Of a DNA stretch of 64,000 nt, positions 37,994 through 47,964 are shown one piece after another. Position 1 is the stretch's first letter; every line of letters begins with the position of its first letter. The position numbers and the translations under genes were made by a program. The notes beneath the pieces were generated by a model, which worked only from the letters and a program-made list of their open reading frames with translations, had not been told where the DNA came from and made no database searches. Source of the DNA: an uncultured delta proteobacterium (GTDB lineage Bacteria > Myxococcota_A > Polyangia > Polyangiales > Polyangiaceae); assembly GCA_963782055.1 (NCBI GenBank), contig CAWAIF010000002.1, forward strand, positions 416,001 through 480,000, written 5' to 3'.

Positions 37994-38623
37994 TCACCCG
38001 TGGATCGCGGCGCGGCCGGAGCGCGTCGCGAGCCGTCCTGTGATGACGCCCTCGGCCGCGGCCGCCTCGGCGAACCGCGCGTCCACCAGCTCCTGCCCGC
38101 CGGGGCCGGCCGTGCGCACCGCGAGGTCGCGGAACTCCCGGTAGTGCCGCGCCTCGGCCTCGAAGAGGTCTGTGTAGAATGCAAATACATCGTCCTCGCG
38201 GCCCATGGCGTCGCAGAGGGTCTTGAAGCGCTCGCACGAGCGCGCCTCGATGAGGGCGCACACCACGAAGCGGTCCACCGCGGGCGGCGCGGTGACGGGC
38301 TCGCCCCGCACGCGCACCTTGCGGGGCAGCGCCGCGATCGCCGCGCGCAGCTCGGCCGCGTAGGTGTCGACGGGCGGGGCGCCGAGCGACAGGCCGCGGG
38401 CGCGGAGCATGCCGAGCACCTGGTCGAAGTGGCGCATCTCCTCCTGGGCGATGGCCGTCAGGCGCGCCGCCACCTCCAGATCCGCGCCGTGGCGCGCGAT
38501 CAGCGACATGGCGTTGGTGGCCGCCTTCAGCTCGCAGTGCGCGTGATCGACCAGCACGGCGTCCAGGTCGGCGAGCGCGAGGCGGGCCCACGCGGGGTCT
38601 GTCGGCACCGTCAGGCCCAGCAT
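37994..38623 (-). CDS. miaE: tRNA-(ms2io6A) hydroxylase
   Basis: LVDHAHCELKAA, EEMRHF, ALIEARSCERF and EARHY di-iron motifs. Confidence 0.93.
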   Translation of the reverse strand: MLGLTVPTDPAWARLALADLDAVLVDHAHCELKAATNAMSLIARHGADLEVAARLTAIAQEEMRHFDQVLGMLRARGLSLGAPPVDTYAAELRAAIAALPRKVRVRGEPVTAPPAVDRFVVCALIEARSCERFKTLCDAMGREDDVFAFYTDLFEAEARHYREFRDLAVRTAGPGGQELVDARFAEAAAAEGVITGRLATRSGRAAIHG

Positions 38624-38671
38624 GACCGTGCGTTAGCACACGGCGCGGCCGCTGCCGAGCTGGGGGACGCG

Positions 38672-39202
38672 TCAGCGCCGCGCGCGCGTCCCGCGCCAGC
38701 CGCCCAGGGCAGCGCCCGCGGTCGCCAGCGCGAGCGCCACGGCGGAGGTGGAGAGCGCCGCGACGACGCCCGGCCCGGACAGCCCGCTGGAGCCCAGGGC
38801 GGTGAGGCTGGCGATGAGGCCGACCATGAGCCCGGCGAGGGCGGCCTCGCGCACGCCGGTGCCGCGGCCGAAGCGCCCGACCACGTACCCCCCGCCCGCG
38901 GCGCCCAGCAGCAGCGCCAGAGCGTGCACGGCGGCGAGGGTGAGGAGGTGGAGCCGGCGCTCGCCGGCGGGGAGGGCGGCCAGGCGGGCCGCGGCGCCGG
39001 CGTCCAGGGGGCCGAGCCGCGCGATGGTGATCCGCTCGGCCACCATGCGCGCCACCACCGAGAGCGGGAGCCACGCGGCGAAGATGAGCACGGTGCCGAA
39101 GCCGACCCAGTGCCACGGCGGCCGGGCCTCCGCCTCCGCTTCAGCCGGATCGGAGGCGATGACCGGCAGCCGCCGCTTCGTGGAAGAACCATTGCCGGCC
39201 AC
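38672..39202 (-). CDS. Hypothetical membrane protein
   Basis: RPPWHWVGFGTVLIFAAWLPL plus three more hydrophobic segments. Confidence 0.65.
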   Translation of the reverse strand: MAGNGSSTKRRLPVIASDPAEAEAEARPPWHWVGFGTVLIFAAWLPLSVVARMVAERITIARLGPLDAGAAARLAALPAGERRLHLLTLAAVHALALLLGAAGGGYVVGRFGRGTGVREAALAGLMVGLIASLTALGSSGLSGPGVVAALSTSAVALALATAGAALGGWRGTRARR

Positions 39203-39245
39203 GCGGTCACCATGGCAGAAACACCCGTCCGAGGCCAACGACCGC

Positions 39246-39683
39246 ATGACCGAGACCGCCCTCGACCCCTCCGCCGCCACCAGCCACGTCGAGCTGCGCG
39301 TGCGTTTCTGCGAGACGGACCTCATGGGTATCGTCCACCACGGCAGCTACCTCACCTACTTCGAGGCGGCGCGCGTGGAGTGGCTGCGGCGGCGGGGGGT
39401 CGCCTATGCCGAGTGGGCCGAGCGTGGCCTGCACCTGCCCGTGGTCGAGGCGTCGACCCGCTACAAGGCGCCGGCGCGCTTCGACGACGTGCTCACGGTC
39501 GAGACGCGGCTCTCCGAGCTCCGCTCCCACTCGGTGCGCTTCGACTACCGGGTGCTGCGCGGGACCCACGTCATCGCGGAGGGCTCGACGCGGCTGGCGT
39601 GCGTGGGGCCGGACCACAAGCTTCAGCGCATCCCCCAGGAGGTCGCCTCGGTGCTCTGCGCCGCGGAGCTGAGCGGGACCTGA
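39246..39683 (+). CDS. Acyl-CoA thioesterase (YbgC/4HBT family)
   Basis: RVRFCETDLMGIVHHGSYLTYFEAAR and YKAPARFDD. Confidence 0.9.
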   Translation: MTETALDPSAATSHVELRVRFCETDLMGIVHHGSYLTYFEAARVEWLRRRGVAYAEWAERGLHLPVVEASTRYKAPARFDDVLTVETRLSELRSHSVRFDYRVLRGTHVIAEGSTRLACVGPDHKLQRIPQEVASVLCAAELSGT

Positions 39684-39703
39684 ATGGTGGTACTGTGGTC
39701 CTG

Positions 39704-40078
39704 ATGCGACGGACCTCCGCTCTGCTGGTGATCGGCTTCGCGACCCTCACGCTCTCCGCCTGTCACAAGGGCGCGGCGCGGCTCGAGGGCCACTGGAAGG
39801 GGATCAAGGCGACGGGCGTGTCCGACGACGCCGTCACCAACGCCAACCTCTTCGCCTCCGCGATGGAGCTCGACTTCCACGGCGACAAGATCTCGGTCAA
39901 GACGGACGACGAGAAGCAGTCCGGTCGCTTCAAGGTGGTGCGCGAGGACAAGACGAGCGTCGTCATCATCACCGACGAGGACGGCCCGCGCGACCAGCAG
40001 ACCTTCACCTTCAAGGACGACAAGACGATGGACTGGGGTGTGATGCCCGGCAAGACCATCCAGTTCGTGAAGCAGTGA
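39704..40078 (+). CDS. Hypothetical lipoprotein
   Basis: Lipobox LSAC; LEGHWKG lipocalin-like start; strong codon bias. Confidence 0.7.
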   Translation: MRRTSALLVIGFATLTLSACHKGAARLEGHWKGIKATGVSDDAVTNANLFASAMELDFHGDKISVKTDDEKQSGRFKVVREDKTSVVIITDEDGPRDQQTFTFKDDKTMDWGVMPGKTIQFVKQ

Positions 40079-40099
40079 CCGCGCCAGCGCGGTGAAGGC

Positions 40100-43000
40100 T
40101 CAGCGGCGGACCTCCTCGCGACCGACACGCACCGCGAGCGTCCGGCCGCCGCGGCGGATCTGCAACACAACGTCCGCCTCCAGCGGGCCGCTCATCTTCG
40201 CCCGCGCCTGCTCGATGGTGTGCACCGCCGTGCCGTCGACCGACAGCACGACGTCGCCGGGGAGGAGCCCGGCGCGCTCCGCCTCGCTGCCCTCCGCGAC
40301 CAGGACGATGACCACCTCCCGCGGGTCGCCCGTCTCACCGAGCGTCACCGCCACGCTGCCGGCGGCCATCGGCACCCGCTCCGGCGCGCCCTCGCTCTCG
40401 AGCGTGATCCGGACGTCGTCGGTCGTGCGGCCGGCGGTGACGCGCACGCCCTCGACGCGCCCGCGGCCCACGTCCGGCGCGTACGCCTCCAGCGAGACCG
40501 TCCCCTCCGCCAGGCCGCCGAGGTGGAAGTGGCCCTCGGCGTCGGTGACGGCGACGCCCGGGGGGGCGGTGCCCGCGGCGAGGTAGACGGGCACGCGCCC
40601 CTGCGCGACGCGCGCGCCCGCTACCGGGTCGCCGTGACCGTCACGGACCACCCCCTCGACCACGCCCTCCGCGGACAGGTCGAACGGCGCCAGCGCCGCC
40701 GGGCGCGCCTCGCCCCCGCGGAGCGTCGCCCGGCGCTCCGCCGGCGCGTAGCCCGCGGCGGTGACGCGCACGCGCACCGATCCCGGCGCGAGGTCGGCGA
40801 GGGTGAAGGCGCCCTGGTCGTCGGTGCGCGCGTGGCGCACGCCGACATCCGTGTAGAATACAACATCGGCGTCGGACACCGGGTCCCCGCCCCGCGCCGC
40901 GCGCACCTCCCCGGTGACGGCGGCGCCGGCGGCGAGCGCCACGTCCAGCCGGTCCGGCGCGGCCGCGAGGGTGACGTCGTGCGGCGCGAAGGACGGCGCG
41001 GTCACCTCGAGGCGCAGGTGCAGCCCCCGCACGCCGGCGAGGGTGGCGTCGCCGTCCGCGTCGGTGAAGGCGGTGAGGCGCACCGGCGCGGAGGGGTCGA
41101 GTGACGTCGCCGACACCTGCGCCTTCTCCACGGGGTAGCCGCGGTCGTCGCGCACGCGCACGGCCGTGGCCTCGCGCGGGGCGGGGAGGGTGATGGTGAT
41201 CTCCCGGCGCTCTCCCTCCTTCACCGAGACCGACACGCGCGTCGCCGGGTGGAGCGCGTCCTCGTCGGCGTAGACGTCCAGGGCGAGGTCCTGCGGGACG
41301 GCGGCGAAGGCGAAGGTGCCGTCGCTCGCGGTCCGGGTGGAGCGCTCGAGGGTGCCGTGCACCGCGAGCAGGTCCAGGCGGGCGCCGGAGACGGGGGTGC
41401 CGGAGGCGTCGACCACGCGGCCCTGCAGGTCGCCGCCGCGCCGCAGGACGATGGTCACGTCAGCCTCCCCGCCAGGCGCCAGGGTGACCATGTCGCTGTA
41501 CGTCTCGACGTACTCGGGGTGACGGACCACCGCCCGCACCCGGCCGGGGGTGACCGGGGACGCCCGGAAGGTCCCGTCCTGCCGCGTCACCCAGGGCTCC
41601 GGCGGAGGGATCGTTGGCAAGCTACCGTTCGCGCCGGCGGCCGCGCCCCAGGGGGAGGGGCCTGCCGCGGCCCACGGCGAGCCGCCCAGCCCGACCGACT
41701 GCCCGGGCGCCGGGATGGGCGGGACCGGGCCGGGCATCACCCCCAGCTCGCCCGCCGGGACCAGCGGCGCCGGCCCGCCCAGCGCCGAGCGGAACTCCGA
41801 CTCGCGGAAGCTCGCTCGCCGCGGGTCGTCGTCGATGGGGCCGCCGGCGAAGTCGGTCCCCACGATCTCCAGCGTCGCGCCGCCCACCGGGAAGCCACGG
41901 GCGTCCACCACCCGCCCGGTGAGCGTGGCCGCGCGCGAGAGCACCACCCGCACCGGGCCCTGCAGCGGCTCGGGCACCTGCACCGGCGCGCGTCCCACGT
42001 AACCGTCGGCGCGGGCCGACACCGTCGCGTCGCCCCCCGCGATGGGTCCGAGCAGCGCCCGGCCGCGGCGGTCGGTGGTCGCCTCCATCGGGAACGGCGA
42101 GACGCCCCCCTCCGCCAGCACCACGCGCGCGTCGCGCACGGGGGCCGCGTCGTCGGCGTCGCTGTCGGTGACGAGCACCTGCACCATGCGGCCGGGCACG
42201 AGGCGCAGCGTCAGCTCCTTGTTCTCGCCGGCGCCGAGGGGGAAGGCGAGCTCGATGGGCGAGGCCTGGGTGCCGTGCACCGCGCGCAGGGCGTAGGAGC
42301 CGGCGTAGAGGCCGGCGAGCTTCACGCCCCCGTGCGGCCCCGTCTTGCCCTCCCGCGCCGGCCAGAGCGACGCGCCGGCGATGCGCACGACAGCGTCCTG
42401 CACCGGCTTGCCGCCCGGGTCCTCCACGTGCACCACGATCGACCCCAGGCGCTTGAGGGCGACGTGCAGCGCGTCACCGTCGTGAACGTCGCGCAGCGTC
42501 GTCTCGTCGTAGCCCGGCGCGCTCACCGTCACCACCCACGGCGGCGCCCCCAGGCGTCCGACGCGCGCGTGACCCTGGGCGTCGGTCCGCGCGCCGACCG
42601 GGAGTGGGTCGGCGCCCGCCACCTCGATCGTCGCGCCCTCGATGGCGTCCCCGCCCTCCGCTGTCACGTCGGCGGTGAAGGTGTGCTCCGGTCCGAGCAC
42701 CAGCGTCGCGGCGCGCGAGCCGCCGGTGCCTGGCCCGAAGATGAGCACGTGGCTGGACCCGCGCGCGAAGCCGTCGCGGTCCGCGACCAGCCACGCCTCG
42801 CCGCGCGGCAACCCCTCCAGGTGCGCGCGACCGTCGTCGCCGGTGCGCGCGGTCGCGGCGCGAAAGACACGCCCTTCGACCTGGACCAGCACCTGCACGA
42901 AGGCGCCCCCCACCGCCGCGCCGTGCGCGTCGCGGGTGACGACGTCCAGGGTGCCGTCCCGATCGGCGGCGGCGGCGGGCGGCAGAGGCGGGGGTGCGGT

Positions 43001-43144
43001 CTGGTAGGTGACCGACGTCAGGATGGAGCCCGGCACCGTGGCGACGGCGATGAGCGCGAGAAACGCCAGCAGCACGGCCCAGGCGTGCGGCGCGCGTCTC
43101 GCGAGGCTCGTCCTCTTCGCCACACCTTGTGGACGGTCACCCAT
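40100..43144 (-). CDS. Carboxypeptidase-regulatory-like repeat protein with C-terminal PDZ domain
   Basis: Repeated G.V.D..G.PV.GA...TD..G.F units; GSEAERAGLLPGDVVLSVDG PDZ motif. Confidence 0.85.
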   Translation of the reverse strand: MGDRPQGVAKRTSLARRAPHAWAVLLAFLALIAVATVPGSILTSVTYQTAPPPLPPAAAADRDGTLDVVTRDAHGAAVGGAFVQVLVQVEGRVFRAATARTGDDGRAHLEGLPRGEAWLVADRDGFARGSSHVLIFGPGTGGSRAATLVLGPEHTFTADVTAEGGDAIEGATIEVAGADPLPVGARTDAQGHARVGRLGAPPWVVTVSAPGYDETTLRDVHDGDALHVALKRLGSIVVHVEDPGGKPVQDAVVRIAGASLWPAREGKTGPHGGVKLAGLYAGSYALRAVHGTQASPIELAFPLGAGENKELTLRLVPGRMVQVLVTDSDADDAAPVRDARVVLAEGGVSPFPMEATTDRRGRALLGPIAGGDATVSARADGYVGRAPVQVPEPLQGPVRVVLSRAATLTGRVVDARGFPVGGATLEIVGTDFAGGPIDDDPRRASFRESEFRSALGGPAPLVPAGELGVMPGPVPPIPAPGQSVGLGGSPWAAAGPSPWGAAAGANGSLPTIPPPEPWVTRQDGTFRASPVTPGRVRAVVRHPEYVETYSDMVTLAPGGEADVTIVLRRGGDLQGRVVDASGTPVSGARLDLLAVHGTLERSTRTASDGTFAFAAVPQDLALDVYADEDALHPATRVSVSVKEGERREITITLPAPREATAVRVRDDRGYPVEKAQVSATSLDPSAPVRLTAFTDADGDATLAGVRGLHLRLEVTAPSFAPHDVTLAAAPDRLDVALAAGAAVTGEVRAARGGDPVSDADVVFYTDVGVRHARTDDQGAFTLADLAPGSVRVRVTAAGYAPAERRATLRGGEARPAALAPFDLSAEGVVEGVVRDGHGDPVAGARVAQGRVPVYLAAGTAPPGVAVTDAEGHFHLGGLAEGTVSLEAYAPDVGRGRVEGVRVTAGRTTDDVRITLESEGAPERVPMAAGSVAVTLGETGDPREVVIVLVAEGSEAERAGLLPGDVVLSVDGTAVHTIEQARAKMSGPLEADVVLQIRRGGRTLAVRVGREEVRR

Positions 43145-43222
43145 CGCCGTTCCTTCCAGGCGCGATTGTGAACGAGCCCGCCCGGCCCCGCAGAACAATC
43201 AGCGGTGCTACGCTACAAGACG

Positions 43223-44380
43223 ATGCCGTCCCTCGCCGCACGCACCGCCTGCGTGATCGGGTGCGCCGCCATGGTGGTCGGAGTGGCCGGCGGTTGCGGC
43301 GACGACAACCCCCCGCCCCTCGGCAGCGTGACGAGCCACGTCGAGGCCGGCCCGCCCGTCTTCAACACCGACGCGGGCGGTCCGCCGGACTGCACGAAGG
43401 CGGACCCGGAGGCGGGCGTGTGCGGCTGCACCGAGCTCGACCTGCTGGGCGACGCGCCCAACATGTACTTCGTGCTGGACCGCTCCGGCAGCATGGCGAA
43501 CGGCAACGAGTGGACGACGGTGCGCACCGTCGTCTCGCAGACGATGGAGAAGATCGGCCCGCGCGCCAGCTTCGGCGTGGCGGTCTTCCCCAAGCCGGGC
43601 CAGCAGTGCGCCGCGGGCGGGCAGGTGATGTCGGTGCGTCGCGGCGACTCTCCCGCCGGGACGTTCGGGCCGACGACGAAGGTGATGCTCCAGGTGACCT
43701 CCGCCGCGCCCTCCGGGGGCACGCCCACCGCGGCGACGCTGCGCGCGCTGACGCCCACGCTGGAGGGGCTCGCCGGTCAGACCTTCGTCATCCTGGCGAC
43801 AGACGGCGGGCCCAACTGCAACGACAGCGCGACCTGCGGCGCGTCGGAGTGCCAGCTCAACATCGAGGGCATGCAGGGCTGCCCGCCGGGCGGCCCGCTC
43901 GACTGCTGCGACCCCAGCTCCTACGGGCCGGAGTTCTGCCTGGACGCGCAGCCCACCATCGACGCGGTGAGCGCGCTGGCGGCCGCGAGCATCCCCACCT
44001 ACGTCATCGGCGTCCCGGGCAGCGAGACGTACGCCGCGCTGCTCGACCAGCTCGCCACCGCGGGCGGCACCGCGCGCGCCGGCTCGCCGCGCTACTACCG
44101 CGTGGACACCACCGACGCGGCGGACTTCGCGGCCGCCCTGGCGAAGGTGGCGGCCAAGATCACCGCGACGTGCACGCTCTCGCTCGACCAGCCGCCGCCG
44201 GACCCGGATCAGGTCAACGTGTACCTGGACGGCGTGGCGGTGCCCCAGGACCCGACCGACGGATGGTCGCTGGATGGCGCGACGGTGACGCTGCTCGGCG
44301 CGACGTGCCAGAAGGTGATGGCGGGCGACGTGCTGTCGCTGCGCGTCGTCGCCGGCTGCCCGACCCTCAAACCGAATTGA
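43223..44380 (+). CDS. VWA domain Cys-rich lipoprotein (CglB-like)
   Basis: Lipobox AGGC; VLDRSGSM, GGTPT and LATDGGPNC MIDAS motifs. Confidence 0.85.
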   Translation: MPSLAARTACVIGCAAMVVGVAGGCGDDNPPPLGSVTSHVEAGPPVFNTDAGGPPDCTKADPEAGVCGCTELDLLGDAPNMYFVLDRSGSMANGNEWTTVRTVVSQTMEKIGPRASFGVAVFPKPGQQCAAGGQVMSVRRGDSPAGTFGPTTKVMLQVTSAAPSGGTPTAATLRALTPTLEGLAGQTFVILATDGGPNCNDSATCGASECQLNIEGMQGCPPGGPLDCCDPSSYGPEFCLDAQPTIDAVSALAAASIPTYVIGVPGSETYAALLDQLATAGGTARAGSPRYYRVDTTDAADFAAALAKVAAKITATCTLSLDQPPPDPDQVNVYLDGVAVPQDPTDGWSLDGATVTLLGATCQKVMAGDVLSLRVVAGCPTLKPN

Positions 44381-44416
44381 GGGGCCGCACCAGGGACGGG
44401 CGGCGCGTGCCGCCTC

Positions 44417-45529
44417 TCAATGCACGGTGTAGATGCGGCCCTCGTGCTCGACGGTGGGGATGTTCGCCGAGGCCAGCGGGGCGAGCGTGGCCTCCGCCTC
44501 CACCGGGACGACGGCGCGGGCGAGCATCTCCTCCCGCGCCTCCTCCGCCTCCCACTTCGCGAGCGTCTCCTTCGACCTGCGGCGGCGCTTGACGTACGCC
44601 GCCACCATGATGCCGGCCGCGCCGACCCACAGCAGCGTGCCGCCGGTGAGCACCGGCCAGATGCTGAAGCGCCGGTCCAGCTCCTCCCGCCACTCGTACT
44701 CCAGCTTGCGCTCGTCGGTGCCGTAGGCGTCTTCCATCCCCCGGTCGAAGCGGGTGCCGTTGCGGACGCGCTCGATGAGGGACTGGAAGCGCGCGCGGTC
44801 GGCGTCTCGCGTCAGGAAGCGGACGAAGTCCGCCGACTCGGCGTAGGCGATGCTGACCTCGTAGTTCTCGTCGGGGAAGCTCTTGTCCAGGTCGTCGAGG
44901 GGGATGACCGACTTGGAGAGCGTCGCGTCCCAGAGGGTGTGCAGGCGCTCCCACGACTTCTCCCCCGACGCGTCCACGGCGAGGCCCTCGTTGAACCACA
45001 GGGGCACGTGGTGGCCGGCGACGGCGTCCTCCAGCGCGACGTGCACAAGCTCGTGACGGAAGACCTCCCCGATGTCGCTCGCCTCCGCCGTCCTGGGCTC
45101 GCGCAGGGAGAGGAGCACCAGATGCAGGCTGGAGTACGCCACGCCCACCGCGTACTGCGGTGGGGGGTGGCCGACCGGGGCGAGGTCGTCCATGTCTTCC
45201 GGGGAGCGCGCGACGCGCACGTCGACGTGATCGAGCACCTTCTGCCCGAGCAGATCGGCGAGGGTGGCCTTCACCTCGTCGGCGTGATCGATGAGGGGCT
45301 GCACGCGCTCCTTCACCGTGGAGGGGTAAGCGATGGTGAGCCAGTCGTGCTTCACCGTCACCATGTCGCGGGGGAGTGGGGGGAGCTTCACCGTGCTCGG
45401 CTCGAGCACGATGGGCACGTCGCGCGGGGTGTTGCCCACCGGCTCGCCCGCGCGGGCGGCCGCGGGCCACGACACCACCAGCGCGAGGAGCGTCGCCACA
45501 AAGGCGAGGGCGCGGACCAGCCGGCTCAT
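44417..45529 (-). CDS. Peptidase MA-like zinc metalloprotease, C-terminally anchored
   Basis: FRHELVHVAL...VPLWFNEGLA (HExxH...E); signal peptide and C-terminal TM. Confidence 0.85.
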   Translation of the reverse strand: MSRLVRALAFVATLLALVVSWPAAARAGEPVGNTPRDVPIVLEPSTVKLPPLPRDMVTVKHDWLTIAYPSTVKERVQPLIDHADEVKATLADLLGQKVLDHVDVRVARSPEDMDDLAPVGHPPPQYAVGVAYSSLHLVLLSLREPRTAEASDIGEVFRHELVHVALEDAVAGHHVPLWFNEGLAVDASGEKSWERLHTLWDATLSKSVIPLDDLDKSFPDENYEVSIAYAESADFVRFLTRDADRARFQSLIERVRNGTRFDRGMEDAYGTDERKLEYEWREELDRRFSIWPVLTGGTLLWVGAAGIMVAAYVKRRRRSKETLAKWEAEEAREEMLARAVVPVEAEATLAPLASANIPTVEHEGRIYTVH

Positions 45530-46383
45530 GGCGGGCCTTGCATCTGGAGGTGGATGGTGTCGCTCGAGCCCACCTGGGTGGCGAGCAGCACGCCGCCGGC
45601 GGCGAGGGCCGCGACGCCCACCGCGGCCCAGAACCACGGCGACTTGTAGAAGGCGCCGGAGTGCGTGGAGGTCTCCTTCTTCTCCGGCGCGGCCGCGCTC
45701 TCCACGCGCAGGGGGATGCGCGTGCGGGTGGCCGGCGCACCGACCACAGGCTGCGGGGCGAGGGCGCGCTCGAGCGAGCCGACGGCCCCCTTCCACGCGA
45801 GGGGCGCGCCGGGCTGGCTGGCATCCGGCTCGTAGCGGGCGGCGTCGAAGGTCCTGGTGTCGGCGAAGAAGAGGCGCGCGGACGCCGAGTCCCCGGCGGC
45901 CGAGACGACGAGCAGGGCGCGCACGTCCAGCTTGCCGGCCATCGCTCCGAGGAGCTCGCGGGAGGCGGCGTCGTCGCCCTTCACGCCGGCGCGGAGCTCG
46001 GCGAGATCGAGCAGATCGGCGGGGGCGCCGGCGGGCGGCGCCTCCCCCGCGAGGACGCGGGCGTGGGCGTCGTCCAGCGCGCGCGGCCGGAGCGAGGCGC
46101 TGCCGTAGACGCCCTGCGCGAGGGGCCACGCGGCGTCGGTGGCGCCGCCCGTCGCGACCACCGCGACACCGGAAGGCGCGGCGGCAGGCGCGGGCGCGGC
46201 GCTCGCCGCCGGCGGAGGCGTGGCGCTCGCCGTGGTGGCGGCGACGGCCGAGGGCGCGGGGGCCGTGGCCGTGGCGGGCGCGGTGGTGGGCGGGGGCGCG
46301 CCAGCCCATGCGGGGACCGCCAGCGCGGCGGCCAGACCGGCGGCGCAGACTCCCGCCGCGATGACGTGCTGGGAGGCGCGCAT
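45526..46383 (-). CDS. Hypothetical secreted or membrane protein
   Basis: Signal peptide; FYKSPWFWAAVG C-terminal motif; ATGA coupling. Confidence 0.65.
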   Translation of the reverse strand: MRASQHVIAAGVCAAGLAAALAVPAWAGAPPPTTAPATATAPAPSAVAATTASATPPPAASAAPAPAAAPSGVAVVATGGATDAAWPLAQGVYGSASLRPRALDDAHARVLAGEAPPAGAPADLLDLAELRAGVKGDDAASRELLGAMAGKLDVRALLVVSAAGDSASARLFFADTRTFDAARYEPDASQPGAPLAWKGAVGSLERALAPQPVVGAPATRTRIPLRVESAAAPEKKETSTHSGAFYKSPWFWAAVGVAALAAGGVLLATQVGSSDTIHLQMQGPP

Positions 46384-46385
46384 GA

Positions 46386-47141
46386 TCAGCGGTCGCGCGA
46401 CGAGGCGAGGATGCGGAGCAGGAAGAGGAAGAGGTTGACCACGTCGAGGAAGAGGCGCAGCGCGGCGCCGACGGCGTCGTCCGTTCTGTCTCGCAGGATG
46501 CGGGAGGTGTCGTAAAGGACGTACCCGGCGAAGAGCAGCACGCCCACGCTGGCGACCGCGAGCTGGAACACCTGCGCCTGCAGGATGATTCCGAGCACCA
46601 TCGCCGCGAGCAGGACCCAGAGACCCGCGCTGAGACCGGCCCCGAGGAAGGAGAAATCCCGCCGGGAGAGGACGGCGTAGCCGGAAAGCCCCACGAAGGC
46701 GGCGCCGGTGAGGAGGAAGGCGTCGCGCACCGGCGACGGGTCCAGCGTCTGCCCGTGGTTGGCCATGAGCATCGCGAAGTATAGCGAGGGCGCGATGAAC
46801 AGACCGGTGACGAAGGTGTAGCCGAAGAGCGCCAGCAGGTTGACGCCCCGCACCCTGCGCAGCATGTTCGCCGCGAAGAAGACGCCGATGTAGCCGAGCA
46901 GCGAGAGCAGCCAGTGCTGCACGCCGAAGGCGACGATGGGCGGCAGCACCGGCGCGCCGAACGCCCCCGCGGCGTACGCGCCGGCCGGGGCGCCCGCGTA
47001 CAGTGCCACCATGGCGCCGGCGATGGCGAAGCCGATGCCCACGGTGAAGAGCCCGTAGACACGCCTCAGGAAGGGCAGCGAGGTGACCCGGGCGTAGACC
47101 CTGGCCCGCCGGGCGGCCTGAAGCGAGGACGGCATCATCAT
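46386..47141 (-). CDS. Bax inhibitor-1/YccA family membrane protein
   Basis: FLRRVYGLF, RRDFSFLG, YVLYDTSRI and ALRLFLDVVNLFL. Confidence 0.92.
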   Translation of the reverse strand: MMMPSSLQAARRARVYARVTSLPFLRRVYGLFTVGIGFAIAGAMVALYAGAPAGAYAAGAFGAPVLPPIVAFGVQHWLLSLLGYIGVFFAANMLRRVRGVNLLALFGYTFVTGLFIAPSLYFAMLMANHGQTLDPSPVRDAFLLTGAAFVGLSGYAVLSRRDFSFLGAGLSAGLWVLLAAMVLGIILQAQVFQLAVASVGVLLFAGYVLYDTSRILRDRTDDAVGAALRLFLDVVNLFLFLLRILASSRDR

Positions 47142-47171
47142 CGGTACAAGTTAATGGCGCCGGGGCGCCCG

Positions 47172-47963
47172 TCAACCGAAGGGCAGCAGCGATCGGAGGG
47201 CGGCGAACAGGGGCGCGCGCGCGGCGAAGACCTCCGTGGCGCCGGACCACCTGCTCAGAAGGTGCCACGCGAGGCCGACCGCCGCCGCGGCGAAGGGCGG
47301 GCCGAGCAGGGTGAGCACCCGCCGCTGCTCGAAGGAGCGCCGTGCGGCGAACAGGGCGCAGAGTCCCAGTGCCAGGCCGTCGACCACCCACGCCCGCGCC
47401 CCGGGGGTCAGCTCCGGCACTGCGTGGGCCACGCGGGCGGCCAGCAGCGCCAGCGGGGCGAGCGAGGCGAGCAGGGCCGCGGTCACCGCGCGCGCCGTCG
47501 ATCGGGCGGACAGCGCGCGGAGCAGCCCGGCGAAGCGCACGGAGAGGAGGGCGAGCAGCACGCCGAGGGCGAGCCCGCCCAGCGCGAAGGTCACGCCCGC
47601 CAGCGCGTGGTGGTGGGTCTTCGCGCGCAGCACGCTGCCGAAGAGCGCCACGCCAAGGAGCATCCACGCCGACCACGCCACCGCGGCCAGCGCCCGCTCC
47701 AGCGCACCCAGGCCGGCGAAGGCGCGCAGGCCCTCGCGCGCGGCGCGCAGCACGCCGATGACGAGGAGCAGCGGCAGCACGCCGATGCCGGTGAGCGCGA
47801 GCCATGCCCGCGCGGTGTCGACGGGCGGGTCGGCCACGCTGGCGACCCGCAGCGCGGCAGGCACCGCGGCCACCGCGGCGGCCAGCGTGGCGACGCCTGC
47901 CAGCGTGCCGAGCCGCCCGACGAGCGACGGGGAATCGGTCTGGGGCGGCGGATGGCTCGCCAT
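47172..47963 (-). CDS. Hypothetical membrane protein
   Basis: Multiple TM segments; LRAKTHHHALAGVTFA motif. Confidence 0.65.
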   Translation of the reverse strand: MASHPPPQTDSPSLVGRLGTLAGVATLAAAVAAVPAALRVASVADPPVDTARAWLALTGIGVLPLLLVIGVLRAAREGLRAFAGLGALERALAAVAWSAWMLLGVALFGSVLRAKTHHHALAGVTFALGGLALGVLLALLSVRFAGLLRALSARSTARAVTAALLASLAPLALLAARVAHAVPELTPGARAWVVDGLALGLCALFAARRSFEQRRVLTLLGPPFAAAAVGLAWHLLSRWSGATEVFAARAPLFAALRSLLPFG

Positions 47964-47964
47964 G